Notes: generated by a model from the letters alone, not told the origin. 44,213 nt of DNA from Candidatus Moraniibacteriota bacterium (GCA_003482885.1 DMXN01000032.1:97974-142186), one strand, 5' to 3'; shown: positions 8,623-16,935, numbered from the stretch's first letter. Numbers and translations are program-made.

Positions 8623-9309
8623 TCATTTTAACTCTATCTTTTCCGTGTCGATATAACCGGCGGTATTGAAAACGGTCGGGTTGTAAGAATTAAACAGCAA
8701 TTCGATCAATTCAGGAGTTTTCAGGGGAATGATTTTCACTCCGATGCCGGACAGTCCGGCGATAATATGATCAATTCTTTGGTAAAGCTGGCTTTTGCAG
8801 GTTTCAAAATTTTCTCTCTTTTCCAAAATGTTTTTTTGCGGATTGATAAGACTGCTAATGTTGCTGAAAAAAGTTTTTTCCTGATTTTCAATCGGAGAAA
8901 AAGGCACGATCAAATAAAAACTTTTGTCCATAATATCGGAAAGAGAAACCAGCTGGCTGATGAAATTTTTGTATTCGGAAATTTGCAAACGCATCAATTC
9001 TGTTTTTTGCTGTTTTTCTTTGTCGGTCAAAAAATCCAAATAAGTATTGATATTCAATTTTCGCGAGCTGATCAAAATTTGTAAAGGAAAATCAACCGAG
9101 TTGAGAAAATTTTGGTATTGACTGATAATTGCTTCCTGCTCCTCGGTCGCTTTTAGATCAAAGTTTATAGCGGAAACTTCGAGAACGGCGCGCAATGATC
9201 CGTTTTTCAAAACAATCGCATCTTCTTTTACTTCTGCTACGTCCAAATATTGCTGCGTCGGCGAGGCGGCATTTTGCTTGGCTAATTTTTTAGAATAAAG
9301 TTTTTCCAT
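8623..9309 (-). CDS. VirB4 N-terminal (CagE/TrbE/VirB-type) domain encoded as a separate 228-aa ORF
   Basis: DAIVLKNGSLRAVLEVSAINFDLKATEEQEAIISQYQNFLNSVDFPLQILISSRKL follows the conserved pattern of the VirB4 N-domain (compare the Agrobacterium VirB4 pattern IVLLEDGS....I.G..FEL......R...FN.L.R......V.I..H.VR). The ORF ends with TGA at 8623-8625 and is in a different frame from the ATPase ORF. Confidence 0.65.
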   Translation of the reverse strand: MEKLYSKKLAKQNAASPTQQYLDVAEVKEDAIVLKNGSLRAVLEVSAINFDLKATEEQEAIISQYQNFLNSVDFPLQILISSRKLNINTYLDFLTDKEKQQKTELMRLQISEYKNFISQLVSLSDIMDKSFYLIVPFSPIENQEKTFFSNISSLINPQKNILEKRENFETCKSQLYQRIDHIIAGLSGIGVKIIPLKTPELIELLFNSYNPTVFNTAGYIDTEKIELK

Positions 9310-9375
9310 AAAAATTGTCTTGAATATTAGTGGCCGACCATTGTGTTCAGGGCGACCACAAGGGTTCGCCCCTAC

Positions 9376-9774
9376 TTAACGGTTCTGACGATCTAATAAT
9401 CTTGAAACATCTTCAATATTTTTCGCGTCAATATTCTTTTTGCCAATTGTCGAAACAGCCGTTTGTTTCTTAGCGGAACTTCTGGATGTTTTTTCCGAAA
9501 TTCGACGCCAAATGTACATTTTCGGTCGGGTGGCGAACGAGATCGAGGATAAAATAAATTTAATCAGCGGTTGATTATATGGCCGGTAAAATGCCAGCGC
9601 TCCGAAAATTACGGCGATAATGATAACGGAAATCCAAAACGCGGATTGATCCAACAAACTATAGCAAACCAAAGCTATCACGCCGCCCATCGCCAGCCAG
9701 CCCATTTGTTTGGCGGTAAGCGGTCCGACGATCTTGTCTTCGATATCGATAAATTGGGGAACATTGAATAACAT
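9376..9774 (-). CDS. PrgI / VirB3-like small T4SS membrane protein
   Basis: 132 aa. The N-terminus MLFNVPQFIDIEDKIVGPLTAKQMGWLAMGGVIALVCYSLL matches the PrgI-family signature (VP..I..EDKI.G.LT.RQ followed by two TM helices). It sits immediately upstream of VirB4, as VirB3 genes do. Confidence 0.55.
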   Translation of the reverse strand: MLFNVPQFIDIEDKIVGPLTAKQMGWLAMGGVIALVCYSLLDQSAFWISVIIIAVIFGALAFYRPYNQPLIKFILSSISFATRPKMYIWRRISEKTSRSSAKKQTAVSTIGKKNIDAKNIEDVSRLLDRQNR

Positions 9775-9778
9775 AAGC

Positions 9779-10792
9779 TTATTCTTCTTTTCTCAAGTCT
9801 ATCACATTTTTCGGCATTGGTCTTTGAAAATTATTTTTTACCGTTGGTTTTTCGACAGAAAATTTTTGCGTGGAAGAAAAGCGGATATTGTTGGCACCGG
9901 ATTGATTTGTGTTGTTATTATTTTCCAGCGTTTCTTTTAGGGGTAAATTCTGCCGCCAAGCGCTTAATCTTTCTTCGTCGGACTGAAATGTTTGCGGTTT
10001 TTCCGATGGATAATTTTGGCGAGGAGCGGATTGTCCATCCAAGGCGGATTCAGCGAAAGACGGTTTTATTACGGGTCGTTCTTGATTGATCGCAGTGCTG
10101 AAAACCACTTGTCTGGTATTTGTATTGATAGCCAGCGGAGTTTTTTCTTCAAAGGATTTTAAAATTTGAGAAAGTTTGTCGCGATCTTGGGCGGAAAGTT
10201 TTTGGGCGTTTTCATTTTTGAATAAATAATTTCCGCGGACAATCGGATCATGATTGCTGATGCCGATGTTGAAAGTATAATCGGAAAGCCAATTTTTAAT
10301 GGACGGCCGGACGGGCTCAAAAAAACTTTTCAGTTTAATATAATCGGAAGTAATTAATTGTTCGCCTGTTTCCGGATATCTTTTAACCGCAACCTCAATC
10401 GGCAGTTTTTCGAGTTGGGATTGGTAAGCTTTTTCCTGCGAATCGTCGTTGATTATTTTTTGAATAATCATTTGGGAAATTTCTTTCGCTTTTGCTAGAT
10501 CAATCGGAATTTCTTTAGCGAGATAAAATGGCATATCTTCCAATGCTATTTCGCCGAAATAATAACTTCTAACTGTAATTGCGACTATTGAAATTTGCTC
10601 TGGATTTAAGTTGAATGTGTAGTTTATTCTTTTAATAACTTCTGCGGTTTTTTGTGATGTAAGTTTGCCTTTGTTAGTTTCAGATAAAGTATCAAGTTTG
10701 TCCCATTTGGCTAAAATGGAAGCAGAAGATTCATTGCCATAAGTCGCAACAATAGGGAAAAAGTAAAATTCAATTTTATTTTCTGTGTTCAT
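9779..10792 (-). CDS. hypothetical soluble protein of the T4SS-like cluster
   Basis: 337-aa ORF with no TM segment or signal peptide. Its stop lies 4 nt before the PrgI-like start. The C-terminal third is low-complexity and polar (Q/N/P/S rich). No recognisable motif. Confidence 0.6.
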   Translation of the reverse strand: MNTENKIEFYFFPIVATYGNESSASILAKWDKLDTLSETNKGKLTSQKTAEVIKRINYTFNLNPEQISIVAITVRSYYFGEIALEDMPFYLAKEIPIDLAKAKEISQMIIQKIINDDSQEKAYQSQLEKLPIEVAVKRYPETGEQLITSDYIKLKSFFEPVRPSIKNWLSDYTFNIGISNHDPIVRGNYLFKNENAQKLSAQDRDKLSQILKSFEEKTPLAINTNTRQVVFSTAINQERPVIKPSFAESALDGQSAPRQNYPSEKPQTFQSDEERLSAWRQNLPLKETLENNNNTNQSGANNIRFSSTQKFSVEKPTVKNNFQRPMPKNVIDLRKEE

Positions 10793-10902
10793 ATTTTTTA
10801 ACTGTAGCTGTTTTCATCTTCTCCAAAATGTTTATTTATTTCTTCCTTGGCTTTTTGAGCGCGTTCTTTTTGAACTTCTTCGTGGGGTCTTTTTGGTTGC
10901 GT

Positions 10903-12720
10903 TTATGTTGTAGCGTTGCTTTCTGGGTTAAGCCCTTCTTTTATATAAATTGCTCGTTGAGAAGGCGTGAGTTTTTCAAATAGTTTGGTCATATACTGGC
11001 TTCCTTTTTCTTTTGTGCCTATGGATTTTATATATCCTTGCAACTCTTTATCGTCTTCTATGCTATTATGCAAACTTCCTTGTTTAGCTAAATCATCTGA
11101 TGACATATCCAAAGTTTTTTCATATATTTTCGTTCTGTCAGTAATTTTTTTCTTTATAATTTCTCCGGTTTTTTCATCTTTTTCTTCAATTTCAATTCCG
11201 TGGGTAAGATCATAATCAAGCACGAATTTAATGTTGTTATCTTTTTTGGCTTTACCTCGTAATTCTTTTTGCAATTCTTCGTCTCCAGCGAGAGCTTTCA
11301 TTGCTAAATCAAAAGTCTTTGAACTATTAATCTTATCCTTTTTGGACAGATAAAGCGCTGCTGCCTTCTTTTCCACATCATCACCTTTTTCCATTTTGAG
11401 TTCGGCTCCTGATGCGCTTAGCCGTTCATCTTCAAACTCTTTTTGTTTAGCGGCGATTCGTTTTCTTTTCATGTTTTCAGAAGCGCCTTTAACTCCCAAT
11501 TTTCCAGCAATAATTGCTTCTCTTTCTTCTTGCCTTTTCTTTCCGAACCAGCTTTTATCTTGAATGTTTGCCCATCGTGCTTTTACTCCGCCAGTCAATC
11601 CGGATTTTTTTGATATAAATCCAGCTGAACCGCCAAGTGGATTTTTTGCCAGCCATTTTCCGGCTTTCTTTCCTGCTCCCACCACTGCTTGCGCTCCAGC
11701 GATTCCGGAACTTTGCGCTTGCAATATTCCGTACCATAAAATAATAATCGGCATTGAGAAATAGGAAACTTCGGCGATTAATTTTGCCAGTTCCGCAGTG
11801 ACTCCTTCGACTCCTCCCGGAACTTGAGTGGCGGCTATTGTTTTGATAACATCCTGAGAAGATCCGATTGCCAATAACATTTTGCTGGCGATGTAAAGAA
11901 AAAAGATTATAATCGGTCCGGCAAAACATTGTTTCATAAAATCCGTCCACCATTTGCTGGCGGCGCTGGCGAGCTCTGTGCCGGGAAGAATTGATCCCGT
12001 GAAAGCGACAGGCGAAAAAACAATTAAAATAGCTAGCGTGATTGTTCGGATAACCAAAAGAACGGCAATGACCAAAAGCGTGATGGCGAAAATAAAAGTG
12101 AAGACGACGGCGGAAAGAAGATACAGAGGATCCGAACTGGTTGTTACAAGCATATTTTGCAAGCCGCTTTTTTGAATAATGTCCATAAAAGAACCCGTGC
12201 CACCGAGGTTGTTTAGAAATCCGTACATTAGCATATTGGAAACATCAATAATAAATCGCGCGATGGGATAACTGAAATTGACCAAAAGCGCCATCAGCAC
12301 TAAGTTGAGCCAAATATTTTTGATGCCGTATTTGCTGTATTGAAAAATAGTGGAGAAAGCGGAAAACAATAAAACCATAATAAAAGCGATATTGAAAACA
12401 TCGCGCACCGTCCGCCAAGTCGTGTATATCGCGTTATTGTCCATTATAGCTTTCATATTATCCGGGTTGACAATATACACAAAAAGTGTTTCCGCTCCGG
12501 AAAGCAAAATAGTGACAAATTTCAGCACTATTTTAAGAAGAAAGATAACCAGTCCGGTAAATTGTTTTGCAAACCATCCGGGACTTTCTTCAGCCGCACT
12601 TGCTCCGTGCGAATAAAAAAAGACGAAAAATAAAACCAAGCAAAAAATCGCCAGAAAGTGGTTTTTGGAAAAATGATTTTTGAGGGATGATAGTTTTTGT
12701 TTTAGCATTTTTATTGTCAT
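10903..12720 (-). CDS. VirB6/TrbL-like polytopic T4SS channel protein with a long K/E-rich cytoplasmic tail
   Basis: 605 aa. It has an N-terminal signal-like helix and at least 6 further TM helices over about 380 aa, followed by a ~200-aa highly charged tail (KRQEEREAIIAGKLG...KEFEDERL...). The size, topology and position next to VirB3/VirB4 genes are as for VirB6/TrbL. No diagnostic sequence motif exists, so this is a context and topology call. Confidence 0.6.
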   Translation of the reverse strand: MTIKMLKQKLSSLKNHFSKNHFLAIFCLVLFFVFFYSHGASAAEESPGWFAKQFTGLVIFLLKIVLKFVTILLSGAETLFVYIVNPDNMKAIMDNNAIYTTWRTVRDVFNIAFIMVLLFSAFSTIFQYSKYGIKNIWLNLVLMALLVNFSYPIARFIIDVSNMLMYGFLNNLGGTGSFMDIIQKSGLQNMLVTTSSDPLYLLSAVVFTFIFAITLLVIAVLLVIRTITLAILIVFSPVAFTGSILPGTELASAASKWWTDFMKQCFAGPIIIFFLYIASKMLLAIGSSQDVIKTIAATQVPGGVEGVTAELAKLIAEVSYFSMPIIILWYGILQAQSSGIAGAQAVVGAGKKAGKWLAKNPLGGSAGFISKKSGLTGGVKARWANIQDKSWFGKKRQEEREAIIAGKLGVKGASENMKRKRIAAKQKEFEDERLSASGAELKMEKGDDVEKKAAALYLSKKDKINSSKTFDLAMKALAGDEELQKELRGKAKKDNNIKFVLDYDLTHGIEIEEKDEKTGEIIKKKITDRTKIYEKTLDMSSDDLAKQGSLHNSIEDDKELQGYIKSIGTKEKGSQYMTKLFEKLTPSQRAIYIKEGLNPESNATT

Positions 12721-12737
12721 TGAAAACTACCTCATCC

Positions 12738-12821
12738 GTCCCGATTGCTATCGGGACACCTTCTCCTTGTAAAGGAGAAGGGCTTGCAATTTTTTGTCCC
12801 CTCTCCTTACCAAGGAGAGGG
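12738..12821. repeat. three consecutive GC-rich hairpin modules
   Basis: gtcccga-ttgcta-tcgggac (12738-12757), ccttctcc-ttgtaaa-ggagaagg (12759-12781) and ccctctcc-ttaccaa-ggagaggg (about 12799-12821). An inverted variant of the first module lies at 34659-34678 (gtctcgactgcaatcgggac). Confidence 0.8.
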
Positions 12822-12838
12822 CTAGGGTGAGGTTCTTT

Positions 12839-13849
12839 CTATTTGTACAACGCTCCCGGTCCATATTCATTGACAGCTTTGTTGGTTTGGTTGACGGCGG
12901 AGTTGGTGATCATATCGGCTTCTCGGGTAATCGCTCTTTCCACTCCTTTAATAGTTGATTCCATCAATCCTGAAATAGCTTTGGAAACAGTGGCGGCAAC
13001 CAGTTCCGGAATAGTGGTAGCGGCGGTGATAGCTAGATTAGGCAGATTTTCCACATTAGCCTTGGCGTCTTTAAATAATATTCCGGGCTTCATAACATCC
13101 CCGCTGTCTCCATCGGTTTTTTCACTTTTCCATCCTTGATTGGCAGTTCCTTCGGTAACGGCTACAAGTGTTTCTTCTGCTTGTTTTTGCTGGTATTTTT
13201 CCGCGATGCATCTTTCAAAGTCCGACGGCATATTATTGCCTCCGTTGACATAGAGATTCATATTAGCCAGCGTTTCACTCTCAAACATATTAGCCGGTTC
13301 TTCGAAATAAGTTACTTCGCATTCTTTCGGTTCGATGGCGTTTTGTCCCACCTCCATCATATTTTGCGCGTAACTTTCAGTGGTTGGTGAATATTCATCT
13401 CCCAGCACCATTTTTTTGCTAAAAAAACCTTCGTTGCCAGCCATTGCTACTGTGCTGGCGCCGAAAACAGCGCCACTGCTGGAATAGCTGGCGCCGGATC
13501 CGCGGCCGGAAAGGGCATGGCTGATATAGTCGTTCATATATCGCTGGGCATTGCGGGTGGGATTTTTGATAAGATAATTTTCCCAGCTGGTAATAAAGCG
13601 GACGCCGTTTCGGGAAACGCCGGAAATAAAACGATCCATTTCTCTAGAAAGCAATGAAATGGCCGATTGTCTTAGTGAACCCATCACTGTGCCCTTAACG
13701 GTGTAATCAACCTGATCTTGCACATATCTCCATGTTTCCGCTGCCAGCGCATCCCACGCATTCGCTTTTTTTGTTTGCACCGGAGAAAAAGACAAAAACA
13801 TTGCCAAGAATAATATTAAGACGATTTTTTTTGATGGATAATTTTTCAT
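12839..13849 (-). CDS. secreted protein of unknown function (signal peptide)
   Basis: 336 aa. Signal peptide KKIVLILFLAMFLSFSPVQTKKANA. No further TM. Sits within the T4SS-like gene block. Confidence 0.6.
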   Translation of the reverse strand: MKNYPSKKIVLILFLAMFLSFSPVQTKKANAWDALAAETWRYVQDQVDYTVKGTVMGSLRQSAISLLSREMDRFISGVSRNGVRFITSWENYLIKNPTRNAQRYMNDYISHALSGRGSGASYSSSGAVFGASTVAMAGNEGFFSKKMVLGDEYSPTTESYAQNMMEVGQNAIEPKECEVTYFEEPANMFESETLANMNLYVNGGNNMPSDFERCIAEKYQQKQAEETLVAVTEGTANQGWKSEKTDGDSGDVMKPGILFKDAKANVENLPNLAITAATTIPELVAATVSKAISGLMESTIKGVERAITREADMITNSAVNQTNKAVNEYGPGALYK

Positions 13850-13854
13850 TGTTC

Positions 13855-13898
13855 TACGAAATTACAAAATTTTACAAAAATACAAAAGTACAAAAAAG
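13855..13898. repeat. tacgaa/tacaaa module array
   Basis: ctacgaaattacaaaattttacaaaaatacaaaagtacaaaaaag, between two genes of the T4SS-like block. Same family as 8491-8540. Confidence 0.7.
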
Positions 13899-13910
13899 AC
13901 AACCACAAAA

Positions 13911-14975
13911 TTACGGGTTTGATGTTGGAATTAATGATTGCAATCCGCTTAAATCCGCTGGTGCGTCAATTCCGTAACTTTTTAATTTCTTTTGCACGGT
14001 TTCGTCATAGGTTACGCCGTATTCGGCAAACTTGCTTTCCATTTCAGAGGCAAAGCTTGAAAAAGATGAAATAAATCCTTCCATTTTGGAAAGATTGGCG
14101 ATTTCTCCCAGCGGATCATCCGCTTTCGGCTGGATCAATTTTCCCAAATTTTCCGAATAAAGCGCGAAACGCAAAGCTTTGATATGAATATCAACTAACT
14201 CTTCCGGTACTTCCACCGTTTTTAATTGTTCCGTTATTTTTTTTTGGCTGTCCATGAGCGTTTGCAGTCCGGCGGTATTTCTGCTTGTTAACGCGTTAGT
14301 GATAGTTTTTGTTATATCGGAAAGCATATTGGGCGCGTCGGAAAGCGAAGTAATAGGCTGGGGAGAGTTGCTGGAAAAAATATAAAGAACAGCAGTAATG
14401 TAGTTCAAAAAATCTTCTTTCCTTTTTTCTTTGGCTTTAGCTTCGCTTAACTTCCCGTAATTTTGTTTCTTTATATTCAAATCTTCCTTGGCAATTTCCG
14501 GCAATGCGTTCTCGGAAACAGTGTTATTATTTATAGATTCATCAACAAGCGTTTGCACTTCTTCCATAGAAATTTGTTTATCCGTTCCTTCGGAAGACGC
14601 GACCAGCTCGGAAATTTTTTGCGCGACTTCGGAAGTAAGATTTTTTTCCTCCGAATCCCCCAATACCGCGCCGGTTTTTTCGGTATTAGCATCACCGGCA
14701 GTCGCGTTCAGTCTGTCTCCCGGGGCCGGTTTGGTCGGATCGTAGCCGCTGCGCACTTCCGCGCCGTCGGAATAACTGTCGCCGTCAGTATCAGCCTTTG
14801 CGGGATTAGTGCCGTACATTTTTTCTTCTTCATCGGATAAACCGTCCTGATCGCTGTCCAAAAAAATATTGCCGACTCCATAGGAATTGTTTTCCGCGCC
14901 GACAAAAAAAGCAAAACTTAAAACAATCAAGCTTGCAAGAATGAAAAAAGAAAGATTAATATTTTTTAATTTCAT
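13911..14975 (-). CDS. secreted protein with thrombospondin-type-3-like acidic Ca-binding repeats
   Basis: 354 aa. Signal peptide NINLSFFILASLIVLSFAFFVGA followed by DSDQDGLSDEEEKMYGTNPAKADTDGDSYSDGAEVRSGYDPTKP (DxDxDG repeats). The rest appears helical. It is the first gene of the block and is preceded by an extended -10. Confidence 0.65.
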   Translation of the reverse strand: MKLKNINLSFFILASLIVLSFAFFVGAENNSYGVGNIFLDSDQDGLSDEEEKMYGTNPAKADTDGDSYSDGAEVRSGYDPTKPAPGDRLNATAGDANTEKTGAVLGDSEEKNLTSEVAQKISELVASSEGTDKQISMEEVQTLVDESINNNTVSENALPEIAKEDLNIKKQNYGKLSEAKAKEKRKEDFLNYITAVLYIFSSNSPQPITSLSDAPNMLSDITKTITNALTSRNTAGLQTLMDSQKKITEQLKTVEVPEELVDIHIKALRFALYSENLGKLIQPKADDPLGEIANLSKMEGFISSFSSFASEMESKFAEYGVTYDETVQKKLKSYGIDAPADLSGLQSLIPTSNP

Positions 14976-14983
14976 ACAACGAA

Positions 14984-14992
14984 ATTATACCA
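14984..14992 (-). promoter_or_regulatory. extended -10 promoter element (TGGTATAAT) heading the T4SS-like block
   Basis: The minus strand reads TTGACAACTATTGTGGTATAATTTCGTTGT-ATG. The TGnTATAAT ends 8 nt before the ATG at 14975, implying a leaderless or near-leaderless transcript. The TTGACA is too close (10 nt) to serve as a -35. Confidence 0.4.
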
Positions 14993-15017
14993 CAATAGTT
15001 GTCAAATTGTGAAGGCT

Positions 15018-15069
15018 CTACGAATTACGAATTTGTACGCCAGCCAAAGGCTGGTCACCCTCTGGGTGA
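15018..15069. repeat. tacgaat modules followed by a double-hairpin module
   Basis: ctacgaattacgaatttgtacg, then ccagcc-aaa-ggctgg + tcaccc-tct-gggtga (15040-15069). The double-hairpin module recurs inside lspA at 20742-20771. Confidence 0.8.
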
Positions 15070-15237
15070 AATGTACAAAACATTTGCTGAAAAAAGAGAA
15101 TGATGATAATTTAAGATTATTATATTTTCTCTTCTCCCTTTGGGAGAAGGTGCCCGAAGGGCGGATGAGGGACGGACGAATGATATACAGAAAACTATTT
15201 TTATATTTATTTTTGACATTTAGTTCCTCCCTCACCT

Positions 15238-15274
15238 GTCCGCCGCGGCGGACATCCTCTCCCGAGGGGAGAGG
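15238..15274. repeat. hairpin modules gtccgccgcggcggac and cctctccc-ga-ggggagagg
   Basis: 15238-15253 is a perfect 16-nt palindrome with variants at 8591-8606 and 20457-20470. 15256-15274 is a second hairpin. Both lie in the divergent region between the T4SS-like block and the UbiA gene. Confidence 0.8.
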
Positions 15275-15288
15275 AGGGTTTAAAAATC

Positions 15289-16935
15289 ATGGTTCAAGAC
15301 ATTGAAAATTTCATCGACAAGATTCTCGACCAAAAGGTCGGAATTTTGGCTTGGATTGGCGGATTTTCCGGCATAATCACACTGCGGGTTTTCATCGAAT
15401 TTTTTTTGGCGTCCAAGGCTTTGTCGATTGAGTCGATTGAGTCGATTATTATCGAATTTGTTCACAACTTTTTATTTTTCGCGCTGGCGGTAATTTCCAT
15501 TTGGTCAATACTAAGTTTTTTTCTTAAAGTTAATCCGCAAAAATTATCCAAATTGCTTTTTTGGAGTTTATGGGCGATTTTGCTTCCGCCGATAATCGAT
15601 ATGGTAAAAACCGGCGGAGAAGTTTTTTGGAGTTTTTATATTATCGGCGGACCGAAATTTATTTTTAGCCAATACATATCATTTATATCCGGCTTGCCTT
15701 CCGGCATTGTTTATTTCGGCACGAAAATTATTTTCGCGCTGGCAATTTTCTTCTCGGGATTACTGGTTTTTGTTAAAACAAAAAATTTGCTCAAAACATT
15801 TTTTTCCGCGCTGGCGGTTTATTCTGTTCTTTTTATAATGGGCGCTGTGCCTTCTTTAATCAGTTTTGTTTATTATTTTTTTGATCCGTCAAAAAAAATC
15901 AGTGAAATCCAGCCTTATCAAGTTATCCAGCTTTTTGCTTCGCCCGCGCCTATTTTTGGTGTAACATTTGATAATTTGAAATACGCTTTTTCCTATAATT
16001 TGGAATTTTTATTTTTTCCGGCGCTTTTATTTCTGCTGGCAATATTATTTTTTGAGATTGATAAGCAAAAATTTATCGTTTTAATAAAAAACTTTCGCTT
16101 GCCGCAAATTATTTATCACATCGGATTATTTTTAGTAGGATTGGGCTTGGGCGCTTGGAAATACCCCGAAAATTTCGCATTGAATTTATTTTCCATATTT
16201 GCGGCGTTTGATTTGCTCTTGTCTGTTCTTTTAGCGTGGACAGCTAGCGTAGTTGTTAATGATTTGGCTGATTTGAAGATTGATAGTATTTCCAATTCAA
16301 GCCGACCACTTTTGACCGGCGAGATTTCTGAAAAAGAATATTCAGCCGTCGGATGGATTTTGTTTTTTCTTTCACTTTTTGGCGCGATTTTAATAAGCGC
16401 GAAATTCGCGGCACTGCTTTTTGTTTATCAACTTTTAGCTTTCGCATATTCCGCCAAACCGTATCGTCTGAAAAGATTTTTATTTGTCGCTACTTTCGTA
16501 AGCGCGTTGGCGTCGTTGGTCATTTTTTTCATCGGCTTTGCGCTTGTTTCCGGTGATCAAAATATTCAAGGATTGCCATGGCGCGTTATTCTTCTATTGC
16601 TTTTTTGCTACACGGTTTCTTTGCCGCTTAAAGATTTCAAAGATATTGAAGGCGATAAAGCGGACGGAATAAAAACCATCCCCGTATTTTTCGGCGAAGA
16701 AAAAGGACGATTGATTGTGGCGTCCGGAATTTTTATTTCTTTTATATTAAGCGTTTTTGCGCTCAACGAATTTCGACTTTTTTGGCCGGCAATTCTTTCC
16801 GGCAGCCTGTCTTTCATAATTCTAACCAACAAAAAAATCCACCCGAGAAACTTATTTTGGTGGATTATGGGAGTGGTAGTTTTATACGGGATGGTTTTGG
16901 TAAAGGTTGTGTTTTTGAAAAATCTTGAACTGTGA
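15289..16935 (+). CDS. UbiA-family prenyltransferase with a ~270-aa N-terminal polytopic membrane extension
   Basis: 548 aa. First Asp-rich motif VVNDLADLKIDSISNSSRPLLTG (NDxxDxxxD...RP) near residue 320. Second motif LKDFKDIEGDKADGIKTIPV (DxxDxxxD). The N-terminal ~270 aa are additional TM helices without a recognisable motif. An in-frame 9-nt tandem repeat (tcgattgag x2-3, peptide SIESIESII) lies at about 15424-15447. Confidence 0.8.
   Translation: MVQDIENFIDKILDQKVGILAWIGGFSGIITLRVFIEFFLASKALSIESIESIIIEFVHNFLFFALAVISIWSILSFFLKVNPQKLSKLLFWSLWAILLPPIIDMVKTGGEVFWSFYIIGGPKFIFSQYISFISGLPSGIVYFGTKIIFALAIFFSGLLVFVKTKNLLKTFFSALAVYSVLFIMGAVPSLISFVYYFFDPSKKISEIQPYQVIQLFASPAPIFGVTFDNLKYAFSYNLEFLFFPALLFLLAILFFEIDKQKFIVLIKNFRLPQIIYHIGLFLVGLGLGAWKYPENFALNLFSIFAAFDLLLSVLLAWTASVVVNDLADLKIDSISNSSRPLLTGEISEKEYSAVGWILFFLSLFGAILISAKFAALLFVYQLLAFAYSAKPYRLKRFLFVATFVSALASLVIFFIGFALVSGDQNIQGLPWRVILLLLFCYTVSLPLKDFKDIEGDKADGIKTIPVFFGEEKGRLIVASGIFISFILSVFALNEFRLFWPAILSGSLSFIILTNKKIHPRNLFWWIMGVVVLYGMVLVKVVFLKNLEL

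Noticed and set aside
12738-15274. CRISPR array hypothesis for the clustered short palindromic repeats
   Set aside because: The repeats belong to several different families, are not regularly spaced, have no unique spacers of constant length, and no cas genes are present in the window.
15002-15305. Two overlapping ORFs (77 and 98 aa) in the divergent region between the T4SS-like block and the UbiA gene
   Set aside because: Both are composed of translated repeat modules (tacgaat arrays, ccagcc/ggctgg, gtccgccgcggcggac, cctctccc/ggggagagg) with no start context. The region is better explained as a repeat-filled regulatory spacer.
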